This document shows positions 45,900 through 55,363 of a stretch of DNA of 64,000 nucleotides, piece after piece. The notes beneath the pieces are model-generated. The model did not search any database. It was not told the DNA's origin and was given only the letters and a program-made list of their open reading frames with translations. A program made the position numbers and the translations under genes. Positions within the stretch are counted from its first letter, which is position 1. Each line of letters opens with the position of its first letter. Source of the stretch: a virus. Taxonomy: Duplodnaviria; Caudoviricetes. Location of the stretch: the IMG/VR virus record IMGVR_UViG_3300031820_000001, positions 50,931 through 114,930 of that record; one strand, written 5' to 3'.

Positions 45900-46099
45900 T
45901 GCGCAAAGACGAGGAAGGCAACGACGTTCCGGGCACCCTGTTCGAGTACAGGGATCTGTGCAAAGCGATCGGCGGACCAGACTGCGCTGCCGTGAAATTC
46001 CTGGAGGAACGAATCGCCAAGAATGGTGGCAAGGACGACGAGATCATCGTCCCCGATAGTCAAATGCGTGTCCTCCTGATGCCGATGCTGGTGCAATAA
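45899..46099 (+). CDS. hypothetical protein
   Basis: TAATG coupled at both ends. Confidence 0.7.
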   Translation: MRKDEEGNDVPGTLFEYRDLCKAIGGPDCAAVKFLEERIAKNGGKDDEIIVPDSQMRVLLMPMLVQ

Positions 46100-46719
46100 T
46101 GCAGCAAACTAACCTTGTTCAGCGTCTCAGTCCGCCGATGGAGAGCAAGCTCGGCATCCGCAATCCGTTCTCCTTCGGTGCTGGCGGAGGTCGGCTTCGC
46201 CCGGAGGCACTCGACCTGCTCGCTCCGATCTTGACCTTCGATTACATGATGAAGGGCGAGTTCGAATTCGGCGCTGTGCCGGAAGGCCTCAGTAAGATCC
46301 GAGAACACGCCGAGGCTAACAACCTGTTCTTCTCGACGATCGATGTCACCGTCGAGGACGTGAAGCTCGACACCTCGTATCTGCAGCAGCCGCTCAGGGA
46401 CTGGAAGTCGTGCCCGGTGTACATCATCGGCGCCAAGACCGACCAGGCAGAGATCGAGCGTCGTGTTCGCCTGATGGCAACCGACGAGGACCGCTGCCTT
46501 GCAGACATGTGGAAGCACTTCAAAGGCAAGCTGCACGAGGGCATGTACCTGTGCGTCGAACCGCTGCTCAACCGCCAGATCAAGTTCGTTCCTGGCCGAG
46601 ACCGGCCTATTGTTGGCTGGCTGGAGTTGGACAACGGGTTCTTTTTCTCAATCGACCGGGTCATGACCGAAGGCTTCGCCAAGCTGTTCGGGCTGACCAT
46701 CGAAATTCACGCAAAGTGA
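46099..46719 (+). CDS. hypothetical protein (DYMxxxEFEFG family)
   Basis: FDYMMKGEFEFGAVP...GWLELDNGFFF. Confidence 0.8.
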   Translation: MQQTNLVQRLSPPMESKLGIRNPFSFGAGGGRLRPEALDLLAPILTFDYMMKGEFEFGAVPEGLSKIREHAEANNLFFSTIDVTVEDVKLDTSYLQQPLRDWKSCPVYIIGAKTDQAEIERRVRLMATDEDRCLADMWKHFKGKLHEGMYLCVEPLLNRQIKFVPGRDRPIVGWLELDNGFFFSIDRVMTEGFAKLFGLTIEIHAK

Positions 46720-46746
46720 AAAAGCCGGTCGGCTGACTTGTAGTTA
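46717..46746 (+). promoter_or_regulatory. ECF-like leaderless promoter
   Basis: TGAAA-N17-TGTAGTTA-4nt-ATG 46751. Confidence 0.85.
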
Positions 46747-46750
46747 GGTC

Positions 46751-47083
46751 ATGCCGGACCTGACTCGCATGTTCGCATGGACCTGCTGCACCAACATCTC
46801 GTGGAACATCGACATCCCGGGCTCAAAGGGAGCCTGGTACAAGGTGTCCTTCGAGCACATGCCGTCGACGCACCCGGTGCAGTACGACTGGACCTGCACC
46901 TGTAAGTCGTATCAGTACGGTGGCGGCAAGTACTGCAAGCACATCGTCGCAGTCAAAAATGCCGAGAAGCGCTGCGGCTGGAACGCAGAGCTGGAACCTA
47001 CCGCGCAAGCGCTTACGTCCGACGGCGAGCACAAGTGTCCCCGCTGCGGTGGGCCCGTCGAGAGCATCCAGGTGGCCGTGTGA
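46751..47083 (+). CDS. SWIM zinc-finger protein
   Basis: WTCTCKSYQYGGGKYCKHI. Confidence 0.85.
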   Translation: MPDLTRMFAWTCCTNISWNIDIPGSKGAWYKVSFEHMPSTHPVQYDWTCTCKSYQYGGGKYCKHIVAVKNAEKRCGWNAELEPTAQALTSDGEHKCPRCGGPVESIQVAV

Positions 47084-47241
47084 AGCGAGTCGACATTCGA
47101 GCCATCCTGGCTAACCCTGCGCTGCACAAGAAGCTGATGGTCAGCACCATCATCGCAATACAGGCGCGGGAAGGCATCGAAACCACCTACGAACAAGCAG
47201 AGGCTGCCTACGACAAAGTCCAGAAGGAGCGAGGACGATGA
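47080..47241 (+). CDS. hypothetical protein
   Basis: Coupled at both ends. Confidence 0.65.
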   Translation: MKRVDIRAILANPALHKKLMVSTIIAIQAREGIETTYEQAEAAYDKVQKERGR

Positions 47242-47972
47242 AGCTCTATCACGGAACCACAGAGGCTGCCGTCAACGCAGCTCTCAACCAGGGAATTCTT
47301 CCGCGCAGTGCGACCAAGGCGCGTGGGAACTGGAAGCACACCTCGAATTCCAGGAACGACTGCACGTACCTGACGACCGTGTACGCCGGCTACTTCGCTG
47401 GGTGCGCCTCGATGCGAGGACGCTGGGGAATTATCGAGGTCGACAGCGACCTGATCCCCGAGAGCTTCATGCTCCCTGACGAGGACTACCTAGAACAGCT
47501 GGAGCGGCCGGTTCCAGATTCGCCCGGTCCCGCCTGGGCTGCGCTTCGCAAGGCTAACGCAACCAAGAACCGCAAGCAGCGAATGATTGCCCGCACCCGC
47601 TGGTTCCGTAAGCACCTCACCGTCTTCCAAGATCAGTGGAAGAATTCAATCACTGACCTTGGCAATTGCGCCGTGCTCGGTGGCGTACCTGTCGAGGCCA
47701 TCACCAGGGTCTCGTTCTTCGATCACAGGTCCAATCAGTACATCGCCCATGCAGCGATGAATCCGATGATCTCGATGCTGAATTATGCCATCATGCGTGA
47801 GCACTACCAGGCCATCACGAATTGGTTTATGGGTGAGCACGCCGACATCAAGCACTTCGGCCCGTTCTTCGACGAGAACCACGAGAACAAGGTCTCGGAG
47901 ATGATCAGGGATACCAGTGGCCTTGAGGTCGTCAACATTGAACGCAAGAAGGAGAGAATGCTTGGGGGCTAA
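47238..47972 (+). CDS. ADP-ribosyltransferase-fold / Tpt1-like protein
   Basis: LYHGT...GILP, YLT, IIEVD, PDED. Confidence 0.6.
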   Translation: MKLYHGTTEAAVNAALNQGILPRSATKARGNWKHTSNSRNDCTYLTTVYAGYFAGCASMRGRWGIIEVDSDLIPESFMLPDEDYLEQLERPVPDSPGPAWAALRKANATKNRKQRMIARTRWFRKHLTVFQDQWKNSITDLGNCAVLGGVPVEAITRVSFFDHRSNQYIAHAAMNPMISMLNYAIMREHYQAITNWFMGEHADIKHFGPFFDENHENKVSEMIRDTSGLEVVNIERKKERMLGG

Positions 47973-48399
47973 ATCATTCTTCGTTGAGCACAAGGTCGGT
48001 GACGACTGGATCGAGTACGAGTACGAAGTCGAGTACCGCTTCACAGCTGGCACGCCGGCCAGGATTTCAGGTCCACCTGAGGACTGCGATCCGGGCGAGG
48101 CACCATACGTGGATGACTACGAGGGCCCGCTTCGCCGCTGCCGCACCGACAACAAGACGTCTCCATGGGAGACCGTCCCGTTCTCCATCTTCCTGGAGGG
48201 CCTTGTCGAGTCCAAGGACTTCAAGGACGACGGCGACGACAAGCCCCTGTACTACCGCAAGACGGCGCTCGACAAGGCTCGTGCCTGGGTCGAAGACGAG
48301 CTGTGCGAAGCTGGCGAGGATGACGCCCGTGCCGCCTACGAAGACGCCATGGAGTCGAAGGGCGACTTAGAACGTGAGGAAGGCCGGAGGCGTTGGTAA
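47962..48399 (+). CDS. acidic hypothetical protein
   Basis: TTG after AAGGAG; GPPEDCDPGE. Confidence 0.7.
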   Translation: MGAKSFFVEHKVGDDWIEYEYEVEYRFTAGTPARISGPPEDCDPGEAPYVDDYEGPLRRCRTDNKTSPWETVPFSIFLEGLVESKDFKDDGDDKPLYYRKTALDKARAWVEDELCEAGEDDARAAYEDAMESKGDLEREEGRRRW

Positions 48400-49133
48400 T
48401 GGCCAAGCCGCCGCCAGCACAGTGTCCTGGGTGCAACCAGAACATCCGACGGCTCTGGCGCATGGACAAGGGCGAGAAGATCGGCATGCGGTTCCGTGAT
48501 CACACGGCTCCGTGCGGCCTACCATGCCGAACCGCCCACGAAAGGCAGCCCGGGGAAATCACCCACACCATCACCGAGGAATGCCCTGAATGCCTCAGGC
48601 TGCGTCTTCTGCGCTACAGGCTTGAGCCTGTGTCCGAACACCAGGCAGCGCTTAACGAGCGCTACAAGGCTGCTGAGGACAAGATCTACATCAACGGGGT
48701 GATTTTCTCCAAGAGCACCGACCCGAGGAAGCACCCAGGAAACCAGCCCAAGAAAAAGTCGGCGATGCCTCCGCCGGCACCTAAGACGCCGTGGAACCAG
48801 ATCGTCATCCCGCCTCACGCACTGAAGATGGTCAAGATCCGAGCCGGGTTCAAGTCCGTGGTGGATGCAGCGAACATGATCGAACGGCTCTATCCGCTGG
48901 CCGTGTACGAAAGCAGCCAAAAGGAAGCTCAAGGAACGAGTCACACGAAGCGCACGAAACCAGGAAAGAACAAACGCAAATCCCAACGCGTGGACATCTA
49001 TTCCGTGACCGACAACGATATCAAATGGACCTTCTACATGAAACGCAACGTGCTCATGACGGTTCACAGGAATGATGACCTAGACAATATCGGGGCGCGG
49101 CCAGCCCTGGAAATCCTTGATGAGGTTGGATAG
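48399..49133 (+). CDS. hypothetical protein, N-terminal Zn-binding
   Basis: CPGC...H..PC; TAATG coupling. Confidence 0.7.
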   Translation: MAKPPPAQCPGCNQNIRRLWRMDKGEKIGMRFRDHTAPCGLPCRTAHERQPGEITHTITEECPECLRLRLLRYRLEPVSEHQAALNERYKAAEDKIYINGVIFSKSTDPRKHPGNQPKKKSAMPPPAPKTPWNQIVIPPHALKMVKIRAGFKSVVDAANMIERLYPLAVYESSQKEAQGTSHTKRTKPGKNKRKSQRVDIYSVTDNDIKWTFYMKRNVLMTVHRNDDLDNIGARPALEILDEVG

Positions 49134-49466
49134 ATGACGCTCGAAGTCCTAAGAAAGATCCTCGCAAACATCGAAATCTTCGACCGCAAGTTCGAGGTCA
49201 TGCCGATCTCGCTAGAGTTCGATTCGGGTTGGTACCTGCAAGTCACCTACAACGAGCCCGACGTCGACACCGGCAGGGTCGAACTTCAGAAATCCCGTAA
49301 ATGGGTCATCGAGCCCGGCGCCACAGAGACGGACGTCGTTCACACCGCATTCGCTGCAGTCATGCGTAGTTACGACCACGTGGTACAGGAGCACTTCATG
49401 TACAAGGGGAAGCGTATCTACTCCCCGCACTTCAGCGTCGAAGACCGCTTGAAAATCGCGCCTTAG
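49134..49466 (+). CDS. conserved phage hypothetical protein
   Basis: YLQV...QKSRKW...VVHTAF...EHFMYKGKRIYSPHF. Confidence 0.8.
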   Translation: MTLEVLRKILANIEIFDRKFEVMPISLEFDSGWYLQVTYNEPDVDTGRVELQKSRKWVIEPGATETDVVHTAFAAVMRSYDHVVQEHFMYKGKRIYSPHFSVEDRLKIAP

Positions 49467-49479
49467 TCAGCTGTAGGTA
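49450..49479 (+). promoter_or_regulatory. ECF-like leaderless promoter
   Basis: TGAAA-N17-TGTAGGTA-4nt-GTG 49484. Confidence 0.85.
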
Positions 49480-49483
49480 GGGG

Positions 49484-51472
49484 GTGACCGAGAAGGACGC
49501 CACCCTCGTCGTTGTCGACGCTCTGCCGACAGAGAAGCTGCCGGACGAGTCCGAGGGCTTCAAGCTCGGCGAGTGGTACTGGTTTAACAACGACTTCGAG
49601 GAAAAGAAAAAGAAGGACCGCTACGGCGACCGTCTTGTCTGCATCACGGAGATTGGCTCGAACTACGTCGAGGTCACCTCAGTCTCTAAGTACAATTCCG
49701 GCTGGCGCTTGCACGTCAACGAGTTCGACAAGTACTGCAAGCCAGCACCGACGGCGAAATTCCACATCGAGGCAAAGGTCGAAGAGCATCGGCAGAACGT
49801 CGGTACGTTGCTCGACCGCGTCAAGCAGCTTACGGCACAGCTTGGTGTTACTCCACGTGATGCGCTTGCCTCGCAAAGCGACACTGCCGGTACCGCTTTG
49901 GCGATTGCCCATGGCACTGCAGACGTCGAGGCGCACAAGAACGCGCTGATCACGGCGAAGGACAAGACGCTTCCCGAACTGTTCAAAGAAGTCGAGGAAC
50001 AGCACGAGCTGATGGCCATGTGGATGAAGGCCGACCTGATGCCCAAGAAGGCAGAACTAGAGCTGCTCAAGGGATCTATCGAGGTCATCGAGAATCGCAT
50101 CTTCACTGTCGAGCTGTACGCTGGCCTCACCGAGAAGCTGGCGCTGATCCAGGATGGCACTCCTGCCGATAACGATACGAAGGTCAGCCTGTTCCAGCGC
50201 CGGCACTACATGGACGAAGAGTGCCTGCTCGACTACCAGTACGGTGGCATCGACTATCAGAAGATCGAAGACTTCGATGCGTGGTTGCTCAAGCCGAACA
50301 ACCTCAATCGCATTCTGCCGCTCGATCGCTGCGTTGTCGCCTTCCGTATCCGCCGGGACATGAAGTATCGGCACGGAACCAGTCTGTCCGACTGGATCAG
50401 AATCATGGCCGAAGAAAAGGCCGACAAGCAAACGTTTCTCTATATCCGCAATGGCCAAAAGGTCTTTCGCATGACCACGGCCATCGACTTCGGCGAACAG
50501 TTGTTCCCGGACAAGGATCGCTCGACGCTCCTTGGCGGTGGCAACATCTACATCGACAAGCGCAACCACGACAAGAAGGCGATCTCTCAGCGCGAGTACG
50601 ACGTCTGGGCTGCTGATACGAAAAAGAAGTGGGACGAGTACCACGAGCTAAAGGCACGGTACGACGCTCTCACGCCTGCTCAAAAGAAGGATTCGTTCAA
50701 GCATCTCGGCGGCAAGCACGTCTGGGAACCGCATGTCTGGGAGCAGTACGAGCTGTGTACGCCTGACAGCGTCTACTACGACGACGCAATGAAGCAGGTC
50801 GCCAAAGCTGCGATGGAGCACAACCGTATCGCTGTGGTCCTGCAGGGCCTGCTCGATCGCTCCCCTGCGTTCCATCCTCACCCGCCGTGGCTCCTATGGA
50901 AGCCCGAGGGCTTCGCAACCGGAATCGAGCTGATCTACGACGACAGCCTCGCCATCTCGTCTGGTGACATGCCGGACTTCGATGAGTACCGGAGGCAGCT
51001 CGCCAAGACCATCAAGCGTGGCTCCATGGTCATCGGCCAGGAGCGTCTCTGGATGGCCGCCATGGCGGAAAAGGAAGACATCAAGCGTGGCCGCCGCACC
51101 GGCAGGTCGTACGACGGTGAGTATTTCAGGCCGTACGGAAACCCCGGTCCAGGCTTCATTGCCGAAGTGAAGCACATGGGGAGAGACGGAGCGGTTACGT
51201 TCGCATGGGAGCGCGAGCGTTCGACCACCAAGTGGGTTCGTGATCCCGACAATCCTGGATATCTAAAGGCCGACGAGACGGGCATCAACACCTCGTTCAC
51301 CTGTCAGTCCGATACCCTGTTCAACGTCAGCGCGTACACGCCTGGCGACTACAAGATCTTCTTCACTGACCCTCGTGCGCGTGCAAAGTACTTAGAATGG
51401 GCTCCGTTCATGCTCGCCGCTGAGGACTATCATTCGACCGGAAAGGTCCCAAAAGTTGGGTACTACAGATAA
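49484..51472 (+). CDS. large hypothetical protein (662 aa)
   Basis: Long ORF, coiled-coil N-half, TVELYAG, YMDEE, LQGLLDRS. Confidence 0.85.
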   Translation: MTEKDATLVVVDALPTEKLPDESEGFKLGEWYWFNNDFEEKKKKDRYGDRLVCITEIGSNYVEVTSVSKYNSGWRLHVNEFDKYCKPAPTAKFHIEAKVEEHRQNVGTLLDRVKQLTAQLGVTPRDALASQSDTAGTALAIAHGTADVEAHKNALITAKDKTLPELFKEVEEQHELMAMWMKADLMPKKAELELLKGSIEVIENRIFTVELYAGLTEKLALIQDGTPADNDTKVSLFQRRHYMDEECLLDYQYGGIDYQKIEDFDAWLLKPNNLNRILPLDRCVVAFRIRRDMKYRHGTSLSDWIRIMAEEKADKQTFLYIRNGQKVFRMTTAIDFGEQLFPDKDRSTLLGGGNIYIDKRNHDKKAISQREYDVWAADTKKKWDEYHELKARYDALTPAQKKDSFKHLGGKHVWEPHVWEQYELCTPDSVYYDDAMKQVAKAAMEHNRIAVVLQGLLDRSPAFHPHPPWLLWKPEGFATGIELIYDDSLAISSGDMPDFDEYRRQLAKTIKRGSMVIGQERLWMAAMAEKEDIKRGRRTGRSYDGEYFRPYGNPGPGFIAEVKHMGRDGAVTFAWERERSTTKWVRDPDNPGYLKADETGINTSFTCQSDTLFNVSAYTPGDYKIFFTDPRARAKYLEWAPFMLAAEDYHSTGKVPKVGYYR

Positions 51473-51815
51473 TTTCGCTCCCAGAAGCACCGGCAAGGTC
51501 GGCGAGATGTCGATCACCGGCTTCTTTATGGCAGCACATGAAAATCGCCAGCCTGTGCTCATCGGTATGGCCATGACGGACGACCTCTTCATCATGGTGT
51601 TCTCGACAACCGACAAGCTTCGCGAATTCATGTCGGCGATCGACACGAGCTTCGATCGAATCCAGGTCATCATGGACGGTTCCGATTTCATCAGAAGCGT
51701 CGAGGAGGCCAACAAGAACGATGGCCGTCCTTATGAGCTGCGCATCGGCGCCGACCCGTACAAGCACGAGAACGGCAACTGGAGATACACCGAGATCTTC
51801 GGGGAAGGAAACTAA
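51456..51815 (+). CDS. hypothetical protein
   Basis: TAATG with next gene; start uncertain. Confidence 0.65.
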   Translation: MGTTDNFAPRSTGKVGEMSITGFFMAAHENRQPVLIGMAMTDDLFIMVFSTTDKLREFMSAIDTSFDRIQVIMDGSDFIRSVEEANKNDGRPYELRIGADPYKHENGNWRYTEIFGEGN

Positions 51816-52141
51816 TGGGACGCGAAGTAAAGACCAGGCTGTTTCGTTGGACAAAGATCAGGGTGAACGAATCCGGCACCGACAACACCGCTGTCGTCGA
51901 GATGTTGGGCAAATGGCTTGGCGACAAGAATTTGTGTTTCACCCAGGTGCATCACATCGGGCCGCAGAGCGTTCAGGTGGAGTACAGCCCATCGTTTAGC
52001 GACAAGGACCGAGAAATCATTCTCGAAGAGGTCAAGAAGCTGTGGCCCAAGGCCAAGGTCTGCTTCTACGGACAAGAGGCAATCACCATCTTGCGAGATG
52101 CCGTCTGCCTGGATGAGTACATCCAAGGAAACATGCCTTGA
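51815..52141 (+). CDS. hypothetical protein
   Basis: AAGGA RBS. Confidence 0.7.
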   Translation: MGREVKTRLFRWTKIRVNESGTDNTAVVEMLGKWLGDKNLCFTQVHHIGPQSVQVEYSPSFSDKDREIILEEVKKLWPKAKVCFYGQEAITILRDAVCLDEYIQGNMP

Positions 52142-52557
52142 AGGACAAGCGCGAGAAGTTCATCGAGCTGCTCAGCCCCGACTCCAAGAACTTCATGGGC
52201 ACTGGCCTGACGATGCTGGAGTTCTTGCAGCTCGGCAAAGCTGAGAAGGTTCAAGAATCCTGGTTCAATATCGAGCGTGATGAACGAATCCGCCGCCTGG
52301 ACCTCGTCATTGAACTGTGCGTGGAGCTGCGAAAGATCGAACAGGCAACGCAGTTCTCGACGGCGATCTGTCGGATGGCCATCGGCGCACTCATCGAAGG
52401 CGACCACAAAGATATGAAGCGCTACGCCGAGGACTTCATGTTTGAGGACGAGAGCGAAGGCCTTCGTAAACAGTACGCTCCCATCTTCAAGCACTTCAGC
52501 GAGCTGTGCAGGCTCGCCTACGACAGCAGGCCAGGCACTGGAGGTGCCAAGGCATGA
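52138..52557 (+). CDS. hypothetical protein
   Basis: TTGA overlap start. Confidence 0.7.
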   Translation: MKDKREKFIELLSPDSKNFMGTGLTMLEFLQLGKAEKVQESWFNIERDERIRRLDLVIELCVELRKIEQATQFSTAICRMAIGALIEGDHKDMKRYAEDFMFEDESEGLRKQYAPIFKHFSELCRLAYDSRPGTGGAKA

Positions 52558-52862
52558 AGAAAAAGAAGCTGCTCCACGAAGAGATGGGTGCGCCGCTCAA
52601 CGAAGGTCTTCAAAGGCTTATGCCTAGTCGCGTTGAGTACGGTTTTCAGAACGACTTCGTCATCGATTTCGAAATCACCAGAAAGGACGGCAGCTGCCGT
52701 CTGGTAACCGAAGACGAATTCGCCAAGTGGAAGGGTGTCCGCTCCGTTGGCTTGTTCGGTAAATACAACCTGCACGTTGCGGTGGAGGCAGCCGAACGAA
52801 TGTATCCAGATGCCGGCATTGTCCTAAAGAAGGACCCAAAGCGTCGTCGAATCTCACATTGA
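52554..52862 (+). CDS. hypothetical protein
   Basis: GGAGG RBS, ATGA-coupled. Confidence 0.7.
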   Translation: MKKKKLLHEEMGAPLNEGLQRLMPSRVEYGFQNDFVIDFEITRKDGSCRLVTEDEFAKWKGVRSVGLFGKYNLHVAVEAAERMYPDAGIVLKKDPKRRRISH

Positions 52863-52887
52863 CAATCGCAGCAAAACCCTTAACGAT
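52859..52887 (+). promoter_or_regulatory. sigma70-type promoter, leaderless
   Basis: TTGACA-N17-AACGAT-5nt-ATG 52893. Confidence 0.55.
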
Positions 52888-52892
52888 AGACT

Positions 52893-53276
52893 ATGGCGAC
52901 CAAAAAAACGAAAAGTGGTCGGCCTGCCAAGAAGGCTAAGCCGGCTAAAACAGCACCTGTTCGCACCGTTGTCGGTCAGGACTGGTGGGAGCGCGAACGA
53001 GGCTGGGGCATGCGCCCGGACGGGTTCACGCTGCACCTGACCACTGCAGCTCGTGATGCGTACATCAGGTGGTACAACGAGACGTACAATAACCTGCCGT
53101 CCGCCCCTGACGAGTACACGAAGGCCGAGGGTGAGCCCAAGGTCGTCCAGGTGAGCGAGAAGATCTACAAGAAGCTCATCAAGCACAAGGACAAGAACGG
53201 CCTCTGGGGACGCGGCGCAAGCCTCTGCCCCGAGAGCTGCCTCGCCGACAAATACGACGTCAGCACGCCCGACTGA
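52893..53276 (+). CDS. conserved phage hypothetical protein
   Basis: WWERERGWGMRPDG...APDEY. Confidence 0.8.
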   Translation: MATKKTKSGRPAKKAKPAKTAPVRTVVGQDWWERERGWGMRPDGFTLHLTTAARDAYIRWYNETYNNLPSAPDEYTKAEGEPKVVQVSEKIYKKLIKHKDKNGLWGRGASLCPESCLADKYDVSTPD

Positions 53277-53282
53277 TAGACT
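53274..53282 (+). promoter_or_regulatory. extended -10 (sigma70-type), leaderless
   Basis: TG-A-TAGACT-5nt-ATG 53288. Confidence 0.5.
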
Positions 53283-53287
53283 GGGGC

Positions 53288-53665
53288 ATGTCCCAGTACT
53301 TCAACGAGGCGAAGATGGCCCAACGCGCGACGATCGCCGCCCAGTTGTTGGAAGGTCGTCAGCGCGGGGCTGAGTGGATGATTCGCATGCAGAACAAGAC
53401 TACAGGCGAGATCTTTCCGCTCTACGTTGGAAACGGACGCTTGCCAATTAAAGAGTTCGCGAGCTATGTCGCCAAACACGGCGACAACTACGACCCAATC
53501 GAATGTTACGACTTCCAGAAGAACCTACAGGACCAGATCAACGAGGACCGGACCGCGAACTGGGACCGCCAGCTACCAGTCCAAACCGGGAACTTCTCGG
53601 GAGTGGTTCCGTATTACGGGTCGGGACCGAACATGCCGAACGAAGATCCAAACAAACAGCGCTGA
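53288..53665 (+). CDS. hypothetical protein
   Basis: 125 aa ORF. Confidence 0.7.
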   Translation: MSQYFNEAKMAQRATIAAQLLEGRQRGAEWMIRMQNKTTGEIFPLYVGNGRLPIKEFASYVAKHGDNYDPIECYDFQKNLQDQINEDRTANWDRQLPVQTGNFSGVVPYYGSGPNMPNEDPNKQR

Positions 53666-53831
53666 AGGACATCGCTGGGCTTTTGATTCTTCAAATCGTC
53701 TTCTTCCTGATCTTGATGGGTGCAATCACCATGGGGCAGGCAGCAGACCGGCGTTGTCGACCGATTCCTGTAAAGCATCCCAACCCATGGGCTCCTGAGC
53801 GGAGATGCGCGCCCTAGTGTAGGATGCGCCC

Positions 53832-54200
53832 ATGGGCTCCATCCTTGGTGTAGATCTAATCTCTTTCCCGGACAATTGCGTCACTGGAAAGATTCCGATC
53901 TCTGCGGATGTTGCGACCCGCATCTTCCGTGTGCTCTGCGCCTTTGCCGACGCCGACCCACAGAAGAGAGAAGGCTTCAAACGAGGCATGATGGACGAAG
54001 CGTTCGGCGGGCTCGGTCACCGCCAGTTTCTCATCAAGGATGGCTACTACGGCGTCTGCGGGTTCTACATCTGCGGTGACGACTGGTTCTGCGTCACGAC
54101 TCACGAAGACCTATCACCCAAGACCAACGAACAGCTCAACACCGTCAACCTGAAGTTGGCGCTGTTGCGCGACCAGATCATGACTGAGCTATTCCCATGA
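53832..54200 (+). CDS. hypothetical protein
   Basis: TAGGAT -10 6 nt upstream; ATGA with next gene. Confidence 0.7.
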   Translation: MGSILGVDLISFPDNCVTGKIPISADVATRIFRVLCAFADADPQKREGFKRGMMDEAFGGLGHRQFLIKDGYYGVCGFYICGDDWFCVTTHEDLSPKTNEQLNTVNLKLALLRDQIMTELFP

Positions 54201-54811
54201 AGCATCTACTCCTAATTGCCATTGCTGCCTGTAGCTCGTCCAAGCCGGTCAAGGAAGATGCTGTCGTCGTTCAGCCTACGGCAGTCGAGAAAGCGACCCC
54301 AGCGGATGCCGGGATCGTCGATGCCGTAGTTGACGCTGGACCTGGTACGGCGACATGGACCGTTCGGTTCAGTCCCAAGGGCGGATGTCAGGAGGAGGTC
54401 GTCGACTTCATCCACAGCGCCAAGCATTCAGTGCGCCTGGCCGCTTACAGCTTCACGTCGGGACCGATCTCCGACGCCTTAGCAGAACGAGCCAAGAACA
54501 AGGTTGACGTCGCCGTAGTCCTGGACCGCAGCGCAGTCGACAACGGTACCGCTGGAGCGTTGCCTCAGGGATCTAAAGCCCAGGCAATCAAAGACGCCGG
54601 CATCCCAGTCTGGATCGACCGAAAGCACGCCATCATGCACGACAAGTTCGTTGTCGTTGACGACAAGGCGTTCGAAACCGGGTCATTCAACTACACCCAG
54701 CAGGCCCAAACCTCGAACGCTGAGAACTGCTTCGTGTATCACAACGGGGACGCAGCCAAAGCCTATGCGGCGAATTGGCTGCTCCACCAGCAGCACTCAG
54801 ACAAGTTCTAG
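54197..54811 (+). CDS. phospholipase D-family (Nuc-like) nuclease, lipoprotein
   Basis: Lipobox IAAC; FSPKGG; MHDKFVVVD...TGSFNYT...NAEN. Confidence 0.9.
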   Translation: MKHLLLIAIAACSSSKPVKEDAVVVQPTAVEKATPADAGIVDAVVDAGPGTATWTVRFSPKGGCQEEVVDFIHSAKHSVRLAAYSFTSGPISDALAERAKNKVDVAVVLDRSAVDNGTAGALPQGSKAQAIKDAGIPVWIDRKHAIMHDKFVVVDDKAFETGSFNYTQQAQTSNAENCFVYHNGDAAKAYAANWLLHQQHSDKF

Positions 54812-55296
54812 TTCTTGAACTTCCAGCCGTGCTCCGCAACCACTGCGTCGAGCATCGCCTTCTTGTCGGCCGGCATCGGCGCTTTGGCCATCATGCCCGA
54901 GCCCGAGCCTGCGGCAGATCCAGAGACCGTATCGGACCCGCTTCCCGCAGGGGCAGGAGCCGGCTGGTCGCCGAATGCCTTCTCGACGGCACAGGCAACG
55001 ATCGACTCGGCCGCATCGCCGGCAATCGGCTTGTACTTGGCGATGAGGTCATTCACGGCACCACTGAAATCCTTCGTCGAAGCCGCCTTGTAGAGCGCTG
55101 CAGCGACGTCCAGCGCCACCTGCATGACCGAGACGTCCTTCGCTAGAGCTGCCTTCTCGGCATTGAGGCAGGTGATCACCCCGTCGACGATCGGCTGATA
55201 GACCGGAGGCGCAGGAGTCGGCGAATCAGGGTTCTTTGGGCAACCCGCATTGAACGAGATCATGACGAACGCAACAAGGGTGACGAGTTTCTTCAT
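54808..55296 (-). CDS. lipoprotein
   Basis: MKKLVTLVAFVMISFNAGC signal/lipobox; GSGS-rich linker. Confidence 0.75.
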   Translation of the reverse strand: MKKLVTLVAFVMISFNAGCPKNPDSPTPAPPVYQPIVDGVITCLNAEKAALAKDVSVMQVALDVAAALYKAASTKDFSGAVNDLIAKYKPIAGDAAESIVACAVEKAFGDQPAPAPAGSGSDTVSGSAAGSGSGMMAKAPMPADKKAMLDAVVAEHGWKFKN

Positions 55297-55303
55297 GGCC
55301 GCC

Positions 55304-55355
55304 ACCATACACGAACAGATCTCGGCTTGACAATATAGGGTAAGAGGTAGAACTT
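55304..55355. promoter_or_regulatory. divergent sigma70-type promoters sharing a TTGACAA -35 core
   Basis: Minus: TTGTCA-N18-TATGGT-7nt-ATG 55296; plus: TTGACA-N17-GAACTT-8nt-ATG 55364. Confidence 0.5.
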
Positions 55356-55363
55356 CATATCCA

